Source: a virus
Lineage: Duplodnaviria; Caudoviricetes
Strand: one strand, 5' to 3'
IMG/VR virus record: IMGVR_UViG_3300035049_000443
Location: 1-46,839 of that record
DNA: 46,839 bases
In this document: piece by piece, positions 45,932-46,839 of the stretch
Layout of the letters: every line of letters starts with the position of its first letter
Position numbering within the stretch: position 1 is the stretch's first letter
Position numbers and translations under genes: made by a program
Notes under the pieces: model-generated
What the model was told of the DNA's origin: nothing
The model's input: the letters and a program-made list of their open reading frames with translations, nothing else
The model's database searches: none

Positions 45932-46435
45932 ATGGAAAGATATCTTGGTGTAAAAGAGATCAAAGCCAAACCAATGACCCTGCAGGAATACAATGATTAC
46001 CGGGGGTGGGATATTCCGCAAGAAGAAGATCCTGCCAAGGCGGGTTACCTGGTTGAATATCTTGATGGAGGGGAGAGCAACCATCCGGACCACAAAGGAT
46101 ATATTTCCTGGTCTCCGGCAGATGTTTTTGACCGGGCGTACCGGCCGGTATCCGGCATGACGTTTGGTTTAGCAATCGAGGCTATGAAACGAGGGCACAA
46201 AGTTTGCCGAAAAGGATGGAACGGAAAAGCAATCTATATTTTTATTGTGGACAGTGCCGTTGGTTTGAAAAGAGTCGGTTTCGATGGTGAGATGTGCGAC
46301 GTGAGTATGCAACAACATATTGCTATCGACACAACTATGCTTCAGACCGACAACCTGGATGCACCCAAAAGCGTTGTACCCTGGCTGGCATCACAGACCG
46401 ATATGCTGGCAGAAGACTGGATGATTGTAGATTAG
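45932..46435 (+). CDS. Two-domain protein with C-terminal DUF2829 (Tad2-like) domain
   Basis: MTFGLAIEAMKRG.KV.RKGWNGK...WLASQTDMLAEDW; N-terminal GYLVEY.DG...YISWSP.DVF..AY domain. Confidence 0.85.
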   Translation: MERYLGVKEIKAKPMTLQEYNDYRGWDIPQEEDPAKAGYLVEYLDGGESNHPDHKGYISWSPADVFDRAYRPVSGMTFGLAIEAMKRGHKVCRKGWNGKAIYIFIVDSAVGLKRVGFDGEMCDVSMQQHIAIDTTMLQTDNLDAPKSVVPWLASQTDMLAEDWMIVD

Positions 46436-46437
46436 TT

Positions 46438-46839
46438 ATGTCAGAACTCTTAACAAAAGGCATGCAGTTTACAATCAACGTAGCTAAAGATGAACAAATG
46501 ATCTTTAATAAAAAGGAATCTAAAGAAATGCTCCGAGTCTATGTAGCCGGTAAATATTCAGCAGATAACGTACTCGATGTGCTCCGAAACATTGGTCATG
46601 GCCGCAAAGTATGTGCTGAACTCTTTGCGCTCGGTTTCGCTCCATTCTGCCCATGGTATGATGCAGATTTTATTATTCAAAACCCGGACGGGCAATTTAC
46701 AGTTAAACAGTTTTACGATTATTCTATTGCATGGCTGGCTGTATCAAACGTCATGCTGGTTATCTCCGGAGTTGAAGATTCCACTGGAGTTCATGGTGAA
46801 ATAGAATTCTGTAAAAAGAACAACATTCCAATAGTATAT
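46438..46839 (+). CDS. Partial nucleoside 2-deoxyribosyltransferase-like (DUF4406/DUF1937-type) protein
   Basis: Hand translation ...MLRVYVAGKYS...GFAPFCP...WL...S.GV.GEIEFCKKNNIPIVY, open to the edge; alternative start at 46528. Confidence 0.75.
   Translation, partial: MSELLTKGMQFTINVAKDEQMIFNKKESKEMLRVYVAGKYSADNVLDVLRNIGHGRKVCAELFALGFAPFCPWYDADFIIQNPDGQFTVKQFYDYSIAWLAVSNVMLVISGVEDSTGVHGEIEFCKKNNIPIVY

Noticed and set aside
1-46839. Alternative genetic code / stop-codon reassignment
   Set aside because: Conserved genes are intact in the standard code and end at TAA, TAG and TGA; only one tiny ORF has an internal stop

Overview
The window is a large fragment of a tailed dsDNA phage genome with probable podovirus-type virions: it has giant internal/ejection proteins and no sheath or tape-measure gene. 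It has two divergent arms. The minus-strand arm (<1-28.9 kb) encodes virion and packaging genes: a free-standing HNH-AP2 endonuclease, probable TerS, TerL, portal, GroES, scaffold, decoration proteins, major capsid protein, adaptor/tail proteins and a 2635-aa polyvalent injected protein. The plus-strand arm (29.6 kb->end) encodes many small early proteins, two RHH-like paralogs, a UvrD-like helicase, ThyX, a HAD phosphatase, a Cas4/RecB-like nuclease + Sak4-like ATPase + SSB recombination module, a DUF2829 (Tad2-like) protein and a truncated nucleoside deoxyribosyltransferase-like gene. The non-coding DNA is the most interesting part. (i) A control hub at 29.4-31.0 kb holds three sigma54-type promoters (one with a consensus IHF site), a 6x19-bp tandem repeat, a chromosome-type parS site, a 54-bp inverted repeat around an AT-rich core (origin-like) and a perfectly dyad-symmetric GTAACG array. 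(ii) Structured RNAs punctuate the early transcript: a complete type I hammerhead ribozyme (34169-34236), a long hairpin, a three-way-junction RNA and a tRNA-like element with an expanded anticodon arm. Four early proteins also share a C-terminal helical motif. All calls come from motif reading only; no database search or folding software was run.
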